DNA of 64,000 nt, taken from the NCBI GenBank assembly GCA_029262835.1, contig JAJCYQ010000003.1, forward strand, positions 13,507 through 77,506, in the 5' to 3' direction. Under the pieces are notes generated by a model. It was not told where the DNA came from, ran no database searches, and saw nothing but the letters and a program-made list of their open reading frames with translations. Shown here one piece after another: positions 37,729 through 47,782 of this stretch. Within the stretch, counting starts at the first letter, position 1. Each line of letters begins with the position of its first letter. Source of the stretch: Bacteroidota bacterium (GTDB lineage: Bacteria; Bacteroidota; Rhodothermia; Rhodothermales; UBA10348). Position numbers and translations under genes: made by a program.

Positions 37729-39504
37729 CTATCGCCGCTCCCGAACGCGAAAGAGCGCCGCGCTCGTTGGGCCGGTGCGCGCGGCCATCATGTCTTCGCG
37801 AAACGACATGCTGGTGGCAGCAAACGGAATCCGGAACGAATGCAGGTAGGCCCCCTCCGATTCCAGGTCGTACACGTCCACGACGCGGCTTGAATCGGTT
37901 CTCAGAGGTACGTTGTGCAGGTAGAGGCGGTCGTGCACAATCGAAATTTCCCGGTTCAGCGCAGGCGGTGGACGCATGACGCCATCTTCTGGGGCGGGTA
38001 CGTCCGGAAACCGGAACGAGGCATCGTCAATTGTGGCGCGGGCATATTCGATGTCGCCGCGAGCCGACAGCACAGCGAAGAAGGGCAGCATCCGGTTGGC
38101 GTATGCGAACCGCTTCTCATCGGACGCCAGAAATCCGAGGGAGATCACCGCATCCATCATGCTCTGCTCCTTGAAAACGGCTTTGGTGGAATCACCCTCT
38201 ACGAGTGGGTAGCGGCGGAAAATGACGTTGGGCGTAGCGGTCAGGATAAGACTGGTTGCCTGTGTCGATGCCATGGCGAGCCCCTGCCGGGGAATGGCAT
38301 CTGTTGCGACGTAGGTTCCATCAAGAAGGAATCGGTGCACACCGAGGGCGTACGCATCCAGAATGAGCAGCGTGTCGCCGACAATGCTGATTCTGAGCGG
38401 ATTTCGCATTTCCCCGGGCCCGTCGCCTTTTCCATTTCCATAGGTCGTGAGGAGCGATCCGTCGAAGTCGTAGCGCCAGACGTGCATGTCCGAATACTCA
38501 ACCACGAATACGCCCTCTTCGAGCAGGTGAACACCACCCGGCCAGTGCAGGGAATCGGGAGGCAAGAGAGGCGCTATCCGCTCGAACTCAACGTCCTTGA
38601 ACGTGCGCTCTTCGGCCGTCTGCATGAGGAGCGGCACAGCGAGGCTGTAGTCCTCACGGCTCTCCGGGGGCGCGCCGCACGCAGCCATGAAGAGGAGGAG
38701 CAGGCCGATCAGGGGGCCGAACGGCGAGGAGATGTGACCCACGTTTCCAGCAATTGTCATCGTTTCGTCTATTGAAACCCCGGGCAGTCCCTCCGGATAC
38801 TCGTGAAGGACCATCTTTTTCAGGCGGGGAAGTCGGTCTTCTTCATGATACAGGGCCAGCAGCATGTCAAGTTCGTCGAAGACGAGCGGCCAATGGACAC
38901 ATTCGCCGCTGCGCTGAACAATACGCTCAATATCCGCCCAGTCCTGGCTGCGGCCAGCGACCGTTTTGGTGATCACCAGGTATTCGGCTGTGCAGATGCG
39001 CAGTGCAACGTCCAGGCCATAGTCCTGGCTCACAGCGCGAGCGGCTATGCGCCCTTCGAAGGGAGTGAATCCGACAAAAATGTCGACTTCGTAGCCGTTG
39101 GGCGAGCGACCAAAAAAGACGCGATGAGAATCCCAGTACTTCCGGGACTCCTCATCGCGGAAGGTCAGGTGTCTCAGTAGGGCAGCGAGAATTTCGCTTT
39201 CATTACCCAATTCGCAGTAAACGTCCAGGTCCAGATCCGCCGTAAAGCGTGCCTCGCCCCAGTACTGCAGGGCGACCCCACCAATAAAGCAGAATGACAG
39301 GCCTTCCGTCGTCAATGCCTTTTGCACGTAAGCCGCATCGTCGAAGAGCGAGGTCCCCGGCTCACGAACCGTGAACAGGCCGTTCAGGCCATGCAGCCAC
39401 TTCTCATGTGTGCGACCCCGGAGCGCCTTGAGGCGCACCTGGTTCGCGATCTGGAAGCCCTGCTTCCTGGTCTCAATGGCGTTGATGAGCAGCTCGGTAT
39501 CCAT
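37729..39504 (-). CDS. in-frame composite ORF: N-terminal nucleotidyltransferase (pol-beta/AbiEii-like) fused to a 6-bladed beta-propeller lipoprotein with its own ATG at 38760
   Basis: FIGGVALQYWGEARFTADLDL...ICTAEYLVITKTVAGRSQDWADI. After ATG 38760 come a hydrophobic signal, lipobox FMAAC and G.GDGPGE propeller motifs. Confidence 0.7.
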   Translation of the reverse strand: MDTELLINAIETRKQGFQIANQVRLKALRGRTHEKWLHGLNGLFTVREPGTSLFDDAAYVQKALTTEGLSFCFIGGVALQYWGEARFTADLDLDVYCELGNESEILAALLRHLTFRDEESRKYWDSHRVFFGRSPNGYEVDIFVGFTPFEGRIAARAVSQDYGLDVALRICTAEYLVITKTVAGRSQDWADIERIVQRSGECVHWPLVFDELDMLLALYHEEDRLPRLKKMVLHEYPEGLPGVSIDETMTIAGNVGHISSPFGPLIGLLLLFMAACGAPPESREDYSLAVPLLMQTAEERTFKDVEFERIAPLLPPDSLHWPGGVHLLEEGVFVVEYSDMHVWRYDFDGSLLTTYGNGKGDGPGEMRNPLRISIVGDTLLILDAYALGVHRFLLDGTYVATDAIPRQGLAMASTQATSLILTATPNVIFRRYPLVEGDSTKAVFKEQSMMDAVISLGFLASDEKRFAYANRMLPFFAVLSARGDIEYARATIDDASFRFPDVPAPEDGVMRPPPALNREISIVHDRLYLHNVPLRTDSSRVVDVYDLESEGAYLHSFRIPFAATSMSFREDMMAARTGPTSAALFRVRERR

Positions 39505-39541
39505 ACACGCAATATAGACACGCCTTGCCCACGCATGTAAC

Positions 39542-40945
39542 CTACCCCTCCAACTGGAGTACCGGCTGGCGGGTACCGTTCGGGAGGACGACTTCCTGGC
39601 CCATCAGGTACGGCGGCTCCGTTGTAATACACGAGCGCAGCGTAAGGCCGCCGCGCCGCGCCTCCCACCACTCGCAACGGCCGCTTGGATCGCTGCTGGC
39701 GCGATGGAAAACCGATACTTCCTGCAGTGGCCCTTCCGGCGACATGCGCCAGGTCGGGACCATGACGCTGTCGTGATCGGCCAGATTCATGGTGCCCAGC
39801 ATCCAGTGGGCCCACGTCCCGTCGACAAGCGGCATCATGAGCGGCTCGGCCGAGCGCGAAATCTGGCCCCCCTCGCGCGGCTGCCGCAGGGCAATGAGCG
39901 AATCGGCCCGGACGCCAACGAGCACGCGCTCCATGTCGCCTGCCAGGAAATCAAAGCTCCGCCGCACGAAGGCGCCGTCACCCGTATGCTCGATGGTATC
40001 GGCCAGGAGCTGCCCGGTGCCCGGCATCTGCGTGTGCATGACGGTGCGCATAAGGCCCGGCGATGGATTTGACACGGCAACACCCATCGTCTGGCCGCCC
40101 TGGTTGTACATGGCCACAAAACTCTCCATGCGGCCAATGTCGCGCCGCGAGCCCGCGTCTTCCTCCTCGGTCGCATCTACAATAAAATCCCGAATCGTCC
40201 CTGTTATATCGCTGGATGCGGCGAGCAGCGCCTGGCCCTGCGCCTCGCCGGGCAGGGTGACACGTTCGCGGGCGGCGGGTGCGGCTTCGACGAGGCGGGT
40301 AATGCCCTGCTGGCCTTGCGTATCGCGCGCGCTCACGACGCCCAATACATCCACCTGCTGGAGCGCGGCGACGGTTTCCGCGCCGTGTTCGGTCGCCCCA
40401 CCGCCGAGCGCCACGAGCGCTCTCAGGTGTGGCAGTTCATCGGACAGATCGGCCAGCCGCATGGCGCCACAGCCGGCCCCGACGACCGCCACGACGTCGT
40501 GCTTGATGCTGGCAAAACCCAGCATGTTCATCGTATCCATCCCGAAATGTGAGCGGATGGTTTCGTAATGGTCCTCGTTGGTGATGTCGAACTCGGGCGT
40601 GCGGCTGGCAGCGGCGCCCCGGAAGTCATGGGTCAGTGCGGCGAATCCGGCGCGGGCAAGCTCCCTGGCGAGCGGCTCGTAGAGCGCCTGATCGCCCGCC
40701 GGGCCGCAGTCGTTGAAAAACACGACCGCCTGGTCGGACGATTCCTCGCCATACCAGGTCGCGGCAATGCGAAACCCGTCATTCATGGAGATCTCAATGG
40801 GCTCGACGGCGACGGGCGTCTGGCAGGCGGCCAGGAGCATGGCCGCTGCCGCGAGAAGGGCCGCGGCGCGGAGCGGAGTGCGCGGGGTGTTCTGGAAGCT
40901 GGAGAGACGGGCGATGATGAAGCGGGAGAGGCGGGCGTTTGGCAT
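39542..40945 (-). CDS. lipoprotein with alpha/beta-hydrolase fold plus uncharacterised C-terminal domain
   Basis: Lipobox LAAC; DGFRIAATWY, LARAGFAALTHDFRG; nucleophile elbow reads VGAGCG. Confidence 0.65.
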   Translation of the reverse strand: MPNARLSRFIIARLSSFQNTPRTPLRAAALLAAAAMLLAACQTPVAVEPIEISMNDGFRIAATWYGEESSDQAVVFFNDCGPAGDQALYEPLARELARAGFAALTHDFRGAAASRTPEFDITNEDHYETIRSHFGMDTMNMLGFASIKHDVVAVVGAGCGAMRLADLSDELPHLRALVALGGGATEHGAETVAALQQVDVLGVVSARDTQGQQGITRLVEAAPAARERVTLPGEAQGQALLAASSDITGTIRDFIVDATEEEDAGSRRDIGRMESFVAMYNQGGQTMGVAVSNPSPGLMRTVMHTQMPGTGQLLADTIEHTGDGAFVRRSFDFLAGDMERVLVGVRADSLIALRQPREGGQISRSAEPLMMPLVDGTWAHWMLGTMNLADHDSVMVPTWRMSPEGPLQEVSVFHRASSDPSGRCEWWEARRGGLTLRSCITTEPPYLMGQEVVLPNGTRQPVLQLEG

Positions 40946-41016
40946 GAGCGGGCCAGTACGGTCGGTGAATACAGGTTCTCCCGTACGAGAGTGCGCGGGT
41001 GGCCGTTCCTGTGCTG

Positions 41017-44000
41017 TTATGGTAGATACGCTCTCGGGGAGATTCCAAAAGCGTCTTCATAGACCTTGGAGAAGTACGAGACGTTGGAAAATCCGGTCCG
41101 TCGGGCCGCTTCCGACACCGACGCCAGTCCCCCGGATTCGAGTAGTTTTCTCGCGTGTTCGAGACGCAGTTTGCGCACGTGTGCCGCAGCGGAGTCGCCG
41201 GTCAGTTCCTTGATATGCCGCTGCAGCGTGCGGGCGCTCATGAACAGGGCGCTGGCGACATCATCGACCGACAACTGTGCATTCGTCAGGTTGGCGTCAA
41301 CGTGCGCCTGCAGGCGGACCAGGATATCATTGTCGGCGTCCGGCGCGGGTATGCTCGTCTGTTCCGGCGTCACACGTCCCCGACGGGCCAGGTTTTCCAG
41401 GCGGGCCACCAGGATGCGTGAATTGTACGGCTTGGCAATGAAATCATCGGCCTCTGCAGCAAACCCCTCTACCTGGGCGTCGTCGCCCGTCCTGGCTGTG
41501 AGCAGTATGAAAGGGAGGTTGGCGTGGGCCGGGGAGTTGCGCACCTCGCGCAGCAGGTCCAGTCCGCTCATGCCCGGCATCATGACATCAGACAGTACAA
41601 TGTCGGGCGATTGCCTGCGGATGAGTTCCCATGCCTCCCGGCCGTCGGCGGCCGCCGATACATCGAAGCGGGAGCCCAACTGTCTGCACAGGATGTTCCG
41701 CAGCTCATCGTTGTCTTCCACGATCAGCAACCGCCTGGGGCCGCTTTCTGACTCGGTACCGATCGATGACAACTCATGATAGGTAGCCTGGGAAGGCACC
41801 CCACCGCCCCGCGTTAGCATGTCCGGGAAAATAGCTGAGAACACGGCGCCGGACTCGGGCTCCGAGAGGGCTGATATGTGGCCCCCATGCAGTTCAACAA
41901 AGTCGCGCGTCAATGACAGTCCGATACCCAGCCCTTCGTGTTCACGCGTGAGTTCGTGCTCCACCTGATAAAAGCGGTCGAATACGCGCTCCAGATCGGT
42001 TTCTGGGATTCCCACGCCGGAATCGGCTACCGTCAGACACACCGTCTTGCCGTCGTCGGCCGCAAGGGAGACCCAGACCGCCCCGCCCACCGGCGTGAAT
42101 TTCAGGGCGTTGCCGATCAGGTTGGAAAGCACCTGATCCATTTTGATGGCATCGAATGAGGCCCACATGGCCTCGCGGTCATGTTCGAACGTGAGTTCGA
42201 TTCCATTCTGTCGGGCTGCCAGTCCAAAATGGGTCACAATGCGATGGGTGAACGCCACCAGATCGGCATCCTCCCGGTGAAGAGCGTGTCGGTTGCCCTC
42301 GGAGCGGGCCACGTCCAGTAATTGGGTGACGAGCGCGTCGAGCCGATCGGTGAGGCCAGCGGCCCGCTGCAGGCGGACGTCCGCGCGCGTTGCCTCTGCA
42401 TCTTCCAGATATCCCTTGATAAGGGTCAGCGGCGTGCGCAGTTCATGACTTATGTTCGAGAAAAAGCGCGCCTTCATGTCGTTTGCCGTCTGCAGCTCGT
42501 GCGCCTTTTCGGTCAGCTCGAGTGTTCGCCTCTGAACGAGGGCGTCAAGGATATCACCCCGCCGCGAGAGATCGCGTTCGCGCCAGCGGACGATGCTGAG
42601 GAGAAGGGCAATTCCCGTTCCTATGACGAGGGCGATGAACCATGATCTGGCCCACCAGGGCGACGAAATGATCAGCGTCACGGGCCGGAGCGTGCTTTCC
42701 GACCTGCGGTATGGATCCAGCCGTCGGGCCTGGAGCGCATAAGTACCTGGCTCGAGGTTTGTATAGGTAACCTCCCCGCTGCGGGCCGCGCGCCATCCGT
42801 CATCGAAGCCGTCGAGTCGGACTTCGAAGACATCCGGACTGGTCGCTGCATACCTCGGTGAAGCAAGTGTAAAATGGATGACACGCGCATCGTAGTCGGC
42901 GCGAACCGTGTCGCCCTGGGTGGGGCGGTGCACACGGCCCTGGAAGCTGACCGAAACGATATCGACTGGCTGATCGTCCTGCTTGGACGGAATGGAGTCC
43001 GGACGGAAAATGTGGAATCCGTCCTGGAATCCGATGACCAGGCGCCCATCCTGCATCCGCGTTGTGCCGGTTGTCGTAAAGTCGAACGTCCGACGAACGG
43101 GTGGGAGTGGCGCGCGGCGCTCGCCAGTAAATTGATTGCCTGACCAGGACACGAGATCCGCGCCATCGTCAATCCAGATGCGACCTTCGGTATCTTCAAT
43201 AGCTGGCATTCGCAATCCAGAACGCACTTCACCAGGGGCCAGCGGCCGCGAGACCAGGTGTCCGTCGGTTGGATTGAATAGGTGGATATCCGTACCCGCC
43301 AGCCAGAGATGGCCATCTGGCGCGTCGTGGATGGAAGATATGAGTAGGTCGCTGACGGCGATATCCTGCGCAATGAATCGGTCGGAGCCAGGGTCAAGGC
43401 GGCTCAGACCAAACTCCATGCCCACCCATAACACACCACTCGGGTCCACGTGCAGGGCCAGAACGAGTCGGACATCATCTGGCCCGCGGCCCAGTCTGTC
43501 GCGGAAGTCTTCCAACTGCGCTGTGCGAAGATTGTAGCGGTAGAGATGCCGAAACTGTCCAAACCAGATATTTCCATCGGGCGTCTCTTCAATGGTGTAG
43601 ATGGTCCCATTCGTGTCGAACAGCGGGGTGCATACGGACGTCAGCGGCTGGAAGCGACAGACCCCGAACGTGGTCGTCGCCAGGACCATGGTGCCGTCAG
43701 ACAGTACTTTCATGGCCGAAACACCCGTGCCGTCCTGGCCGCGAAGGCGAACAGCGTGGTACGTCCGCGAGGTGGTGTCCCAGTAGCCGAAGCTCTTCGG
43801 TGTTCCGATCCAGAGGCGCGATCGCGGCCACTCGGCAACGGACCATACGTGTCCCCCCGGAAATGTGTAGTTCGATGCAAAACCCTGTGTCACATGCGGC
43901 ACAGGGTACGACGCCCAGTCTGCATACAGCAGTCCAGCCTGCGTCGTTGCAGCCCAGAAGTTTCCGGCTCCGTCAACCTTGACCTTTGTGATAGAGCCGA

Positions 44001-44955
44001 GCACAAGGGGCTCGCCCTTGTTGTCACTTGGCAGCATGCGCGTCGCGGCCCGCGTCTTCGGATCCCACATCGCCAGGCCGCCCGCTGTAGCCAGGACGAC
44101 CCGACCATCTGGCAGAGCGGCGATGTCCCGGATATAATTCCACTCGCCGTCCGATTTGTCTTCCAACCGGTGTACGACGTACGTGCCCGTCGCGCGGTCC
44201 ACCGCAACGAGACCATGCAACGAGGCGAACAGGACCGTATGTCCGCCGAGTTCCAGAACGGACATGGATTGGATTCCGGAAAGGAACGACTGCGTAGCTG
44301 CCGGCCAGGCCGGACGACCGACCTGTCCCGACGTCACGTCCAGTGTCCAGACACCGGTATAACTGGTAATCCACGCCAGGCCGTTGTCCATGAAGGACAT
44401 GTGCCTGATTGTCAATCCATCTGATGTCGGTCCATCGAGTTGTTCATGCGGCGCGGCGAAGAGCGACGTAGCATGACCCGTTTCGGGATTGAACCGGATG
44501 AGTCCGTGCGTCCACGTACCGAGGTAGAGCATGCCGTCCGGGCCCTCCTCAATTAGGTGGACGATGGGCTGGACCGAATCTGTCAATCTGTACGGCACAA
44601 AGGTGTCGGTCGCAGGATCGTACCGCGCGAAGCCGGTTGTCATGCCCACCCAGATATCGCCGGATGATGTCCGCCGGATGGCATCCACGCGCGCTGCTGG
44701 CAACGACAATGAATCGCCTGCAATCGGGAGATAGGTCGCTACACGGACGCCCTCGTGGCGGTTCAATCCCCGGAACGTACCCGCCCACAGATACCCGAGT
44801 GCGTCGATTTCCAGAGAAATCACTGTATCGTGCGAAAGGCCCTCTGCGGTTCCCCACGTCGTGAAGGCCATGGATTCCTGCGCCTCCGCTACGTCGGGCG
44901 TGGCGGCTGCACACACAACGGCGAGCAGGATCGCTGAAAGAAATCGAAGCAGCAT
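41017..44955 (-). CDS. hybrid two-component system (Reg_prop propellers, Y_Y_Y, TM, HisKA/HATPase, REC, AraC HTH)
   Basis: GLSHDTV..GYLWAGTFRGL; YTNLEPGTY; NISHELRTPL; NALKFT; GIGLS; IVEDN..SDVMMP..KP; GFSNVSYFSK. Confidence 0.93.
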   Translation of the reverse strand: MLLRFLSAILLAVVCAAATPDVAEAQESMAFTTWGTAEGLSHDTVISLEIDALGYLWAGTFRGLNRHEGVRVATYLPIAGDSLSLPAARVDAIRRTSSGDIWVGMTTGFARYDPATDTFVPYRLTDSVQPIVHLIEEGPDGMLYLGTWTHGLIRFNPETGHATSLFAAPHEQLDGPTSDGLTIRHMSFMDNGLAWITSYTGVWTLDVTSGQVGRPAWPAATQSFLSGIQSMSVLELGGHTVLFASLHGLVAVDRATGTYVVHRLEDKSDGEWNYIRDIAALPDGRVVLATAGGLAMWDPKTRAATRMLPSDNKGEPLVLGSITKVKVDGAGNFWAATTQAGLLYADWASYPVPHVTQGFASNYTFPGGHVWSVAEWPRSRLWIGTPKSFGYWDTTSRTYHAVRLRGQDGTGVSAMKVLSDGTMVLATTTFGVCRFQPLTSVCTPLFDTNGTIYTIEETPDGNIWFGQFRHLYRYNLRTAQLEDFRDRLGRGPDDVRLVLALHVDPSGVLWVGMEFGLSRLDPGSDRFIAQDIAVSDLLISSIHDAPDGHLWLAGTDIHLFNPTDGHLVSRPLAPGEVRSGLRMPAIEDTEGRIWIDDGADLVSWSGNQFTGERRAPLPPVRRTFDFTTTGTTRMQDGRLVIGFQDGFHIFRPDSIPSKQDDQPVDIVSVSFQGRVHRPTQGDTVRADYDARVIHFTLASPRYAATSPDVFEVRLDGFDDGWRAARSGEVTYTNLEPGTYALQARRLDPYRRSESTLRPVTLIISSPWWARSWFIALVIGTGIALLLSIVRWRERDLSRRGDILDALVQRRTLELTEKAHELQTANDMKARFFSNISHELRTPLTLIKGYLEDAEATRADVRLQRAAGLTDRLDALVTQLLDVARSEGNRHALHREDADLVAFTHRIVTHFGLAARQNGIELTFEHDREAMWASFDAIKMDQVLSNLIGNALKFTPVGGAVWVSLAADDGKTVCLTVADSGVGIPETDLERVFDRFYQVEHELTREHEGLGIGLSLTRDFVELHGGHISALSEPESGAVFSAIFPDMLTRGGGVPSQATYHELSSIGTESESGPRRLLIVEDNDELRNILCRQLGSRFDVSAAADGREAWELIRRQSPDIVLSDVMMPGMSGLDLLREVRNSPAHANLPFILLTARTGDDAQVEGFAAEADDFIAKPYNSRILVARLENLARRGRVTPEQTSIPAPDADNDILVRLQAHVDANLTNAQLSVDDVASALFMSARTLQRHIKELTGDSAAAHVRKLRLEHARKLLESGGLASVSEAARRTGFSNVSYFSKVYEDAFGISPRAYLP

Positions 44956-45034
44956 GACCAAAAGTAGGACGGTTGGAGTTACGGAGTGTGCCAAAACGTG
45001 GCACATCTGTGGAGCAGGCGGCGAAGAGGCGTAC

Positions 45035-45073
45035 AAAAAAGGGGGCGGGGAGCATACCATGCTCCCCGCCCCC
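45035..45073 (-). terminator. intrinsic terminator of the T9SS cargo gene
   Basis: GGGGGCGGGGAGCAT-N3-ATGCTCCCCGCCCCC stem followed by TTTTTT on the minus strand, ~24 nt after the stop. Confidence 0.88.
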
Positions 45074-45096
45074 CGGTCGTACTGCGGAACGTGGGT

Positions 45097-47046
45097 CTAC
45101 TTGACCAGCATCATCGTCCTCGTGATGGACTGCGATGGTGTTCTCAGTTGATATACGTACGCCCCGCTTGGCAGGTCGTGGGCATCGAAGGGCACCTCGT
45201 GCATACCTGCCGAGACGGTACCGTCGATCAGCGTCCGCACCTGACGACCCATGAGGTCGTATACGGCCAGCGTTACAACGGCTGACTCGGGCAGGCCGAA
45301 TCGAATGACCGACCGGGCACTGAACGGGTTCGGGTAGTTGCCATCGAGCACATACGTGGTCGGCACGATGTCGCTCGCCAGATCAGCCGCTGCGCCCAGC
45401 TGCCGGCCGAGGGAAGCCACCGGAGAGCCGGCCTTGGCCGATACGCCCTGAATCTGGGCTACGTGGTCGGCCCAGTCGCTCATGACGCCATTCGAGCAGC
45501 CGTTCTTCGTGTGGCCGCTTCCCAGTTCCATTGTCTCGATGATATCCTCACACGTACACCCACCAGTCGTTTCGAGCGTATAGGACACGGGCGCATCTTT
45601 GGAAGATTTTTTCGATTTACCAGACTTTTTCGACTTGCCAGCGCCTTGGACAAACGTGAAACCGTCAGGGCCGAGCATCCAGTGGTTCTTCTGGAGTCCC
45701 CTCGTGGCAACGCCGTCGGGAAGGGTCGTCGCCGCACACACGTCAGCGCCATCCAGAATCGTATCGCCGTCCACGTCCGGGTTGAACGGATGACTGTCAT
45801 TCACGTCCAGCACGCCGTCATTGTCGTCATCCAGATCCGCATTGTCGCCTGTGCCGTCTTCGTCGTTGTCCGCAAACTCGTTGGGGTCCATAGGGAAAGC
45901 GTCGGCATCATTGTTTACGCCGTCACCGTCCATGTCCTCGTCAATCACGTCGCCTATCCCGTCCCCGTCCAGGTCTTCCTGGCCTGGATTCGCGTCGTTC
46001 GGCGCGTTATCCTGGTCGTCGGGTATGCCGTCACCGTCCGTATCGACAGGACCTGTTGGGCCGCCGCCGCCCGAGGCCAGCATCAGTTCGCCAGCCAGCA
46101 TGGCCCATCCCTGGTCTGCCTGTGTCGTTCGCTGGACGGCCTGGCCGCCCGATGCCGGAATGCTCGAAATACCGCGGCCGTCGCTGCTCTCCATGCCCGC
46201 GAAATAGACCTGGTCGCTGACGGGGTCGTATACGATTCCGCGGTTTACGCTGCCACCGTTGGCGCCGGTGTCCGTAAAGAGCACGGACAGCGTCAGCGTC
46301 TGGATATCCAGTGTACTGATACTCAGGTCGTTTATGAGAAAGAGCCGCTGGCCCTGTTCGTCAATGTTGAATGTATGCGCGGCCCCAAATCCGGTCGCAG
46401 AATTTGTAGTCAACGTCTGCGCGACAAATGGACCCGCGCCGCTGGCGTTCTCAATGTACCGGATGGCCGCGTCGCCGCCGATGGTGGACCAGTAGAGGCG
46501 GTCGGTCGAGCCGTCGTAGCGCATGTCCTGCAGGTCGAACTGGTTCGATACGACGCCACTCAGCATGACTTCGAAGGGCACATTGTCAACGAGATCCTGG
46601 ACGAACCCTCCATTGAAGGTCACGCCGGGCGTAACAGGCTGGCCGCCGAAGTCCGTCGGAAAGCGGAAAATGGAGAAGCCCTGTGAGACATAGACAAAGT
46701 CATTGCCTGCCGCAAGCCCCGTCATCCAGCCGCCGGGGATGGCTGGCCACTGTGTGGTCTTGATGCGGGTCTTCTGGGATCCGTCCGGACGAATGGTGGC
46801 GACATAGCCTTCATTTGTAGTGAAAACGATACCTCCAGAAGGCATATGGGCGATCTGGTTTGCCTGCAGGCCTGTCCCGGCCAATTCCTGGATCAGCGTG
46901 TGGACGGGCGGAGACTGGTCCAGATCAACCGTGTAGATGCGGCTGCCCCAGTTGAGGTACTGAACAACCTGGGCATTGGCAGGGACCTGAAATGAGAGGA
47001 CGACCATGAATAGAAGGGCGTTCCGGAGAGAGGGGGCGATGCGCAT
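45097..47046 (-). CDS. T9SS-secreted protein: beta-propeller + thrombospondin type 3 repeats + Cys-rich domain + CTD
   Basis: Signal peptide (ANA-Q); DxDGDGIPD..DN.P repeats; GCTCEDII..LGSGHTKNGCS; NYPNPF..VYDLMGRQV..LPSGAY..MMLVK. Confidence 0.87.
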   Translation of the reverse strand: MRIAPSLRNALLFMVVLSFQVPANAQVVQYLNWGSRIYTVDLDQSPPVHTLIQELAGTGLQANQIAHMPSGGIVFTTNEGYVATIRPDGSQKTRIKTTQWPAIPGGWMTGLAAGNDFVYVSQGFSIFRFPTDFGGQPVTPGVTFNGGFVQDLVDNVPFEVMLSGVVSNQFDLQDMRYDGSTDRLYWSTIGGDAAIRYIENASGAGPFVAQTLTTNSATGFGAAHTFNIDEQGQRLFLINDLSISTLDIQTLTLSVLFTDTGANGGSVNRGIVYDPVSDQVYFAGMESSDGRGISSIPASGGQAVQRTTQADQGWAMLAGELMLASGGGGPTGPVDTDGDGIPDDQDNAPNDANPGQEDLDGDGIGDVIDEDMDGDGVNNDADAFPMDPNEFADNDEDGTGDNADLDDDNDGVLDVNDSHPFNPDVDGDTILDGADVCAATTLPDGVATRGLQKNHWMLGPDGFTFVQGAGKSKKSGKSKKSSKDAPVSYTLETTGGCTCEDIIETMELGSGHTKNGCSNGVMSDWADHVAQIQGVSAKAGSPVASLGRQLGAAADLASDIVPTTYVLDGNYPNPFSARSVIRFGLPESAVVTLAVYDLMGRQVRTLIDGTVSAGMHEVPFDAHDLPSGAYVYQLRTPSQSITRTMMLVK

Positions 47047-47147
47047 GAGCGTGCTTTTTCTTGTGGGAGTCGGGGTGAGCTGCGAAGCTTCGTTCGCAGT
47101 GTGTAGATACCACAAGAATGGCCGATTTCTGAGCCCTGAGACCGTTA

Positions 47148-47235
47148 TGGCGCGCACGTGAAGAAGATTGGCACGGCCGTGAAGGGACGAGGGAACGCGG
47201 TTCACAGACGTGCCACGCTATGGCTCACAGGTAAA
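47148..47235. promoter_or_regulatory. repeated 15-bp motif TGGCRCG-N3-GTGAA (candidate HTCS/AraC binding sites)
   Basis: Direct copies at 47148 and 47169 (21 bp apart), inverted copy 47201-47215, degenerate copy 47221. Confidence 0.6.
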
Positions 47236-47336
47236 GCCAGGCTGTGCCCGCGCCGAGGCGCACCTCCGCGCAATCCAGTAGGCATGCCGGGGGGCAGGGC
47301 GCAGCCAGCGGTGGCTACCATTTTGGCGGCGTGACA

Positions 47337-47724
47337 CTACTGGCCGGCAACCCGCCGGTCCACGGCGTGCGCCAGCATGGGAAGGCTCACGGCGCCGTCA
47401 GCAAGGACGGTGTCATGGAAGCCTTTTATCTCGAACCGGTCGCCGAGGCGTGCACGGGCGTCAGCGCGAGGCCGCGGGATTTCGAGACGTCCTGTCATGT
47501 AGGCGGTAGCCTGGCACGTCCTCGCTGCGGTCGCCCAGGCTGTCCATGGGCGTATCGGGATAGGCAATTTCGAAGGCTTCCTCGGGAAACTGGTGGTAAT
47601 ACCCATCTACAAATTCCTGCGCCACGCCGAGTGCGGTGGCGGCCTGTTCATCCGGGGTTGCGGCCGGCGTACTGGCTCCGAGAATCAAAAGCAGGGCAAT
47701 AAGGGCCGTGGAGAACCGGTTCAT
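47337..47724 (-). pseudogene. DUF885-family gene with large internal deletion
   Basis: Signal peptide and N-terminus (..FVDGYYHQFPEEA..LGDRS) join out of frame near 47515 to the DUF885 C-terminus (QATAYMTGRLEI...LGDRFEIKGFHDTVLADGAVSL). Confidence 0.75.
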
Positions 47725-47782
47725 GGCATGGAGCAGGATGGTGAACCTGCTTGATACGAACCGGTGCTCCCGATCACGCTCT

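Noticed and set aside
45740-46050. Repetitive GTCGTC/GTCACCGTC-rich stretch as CRISPR or DNA repeat array
   Set aside because: Explained by Asp-rich TSP3 protein repeats; no constant repeat with unique spacers and no cas genes
47168-47184. sigma54 promoter (TTGGCACG)
   Set aside because: The -12 TTGC element is absent (GTGAA), and the motif is repeated, which fits a regulator site better
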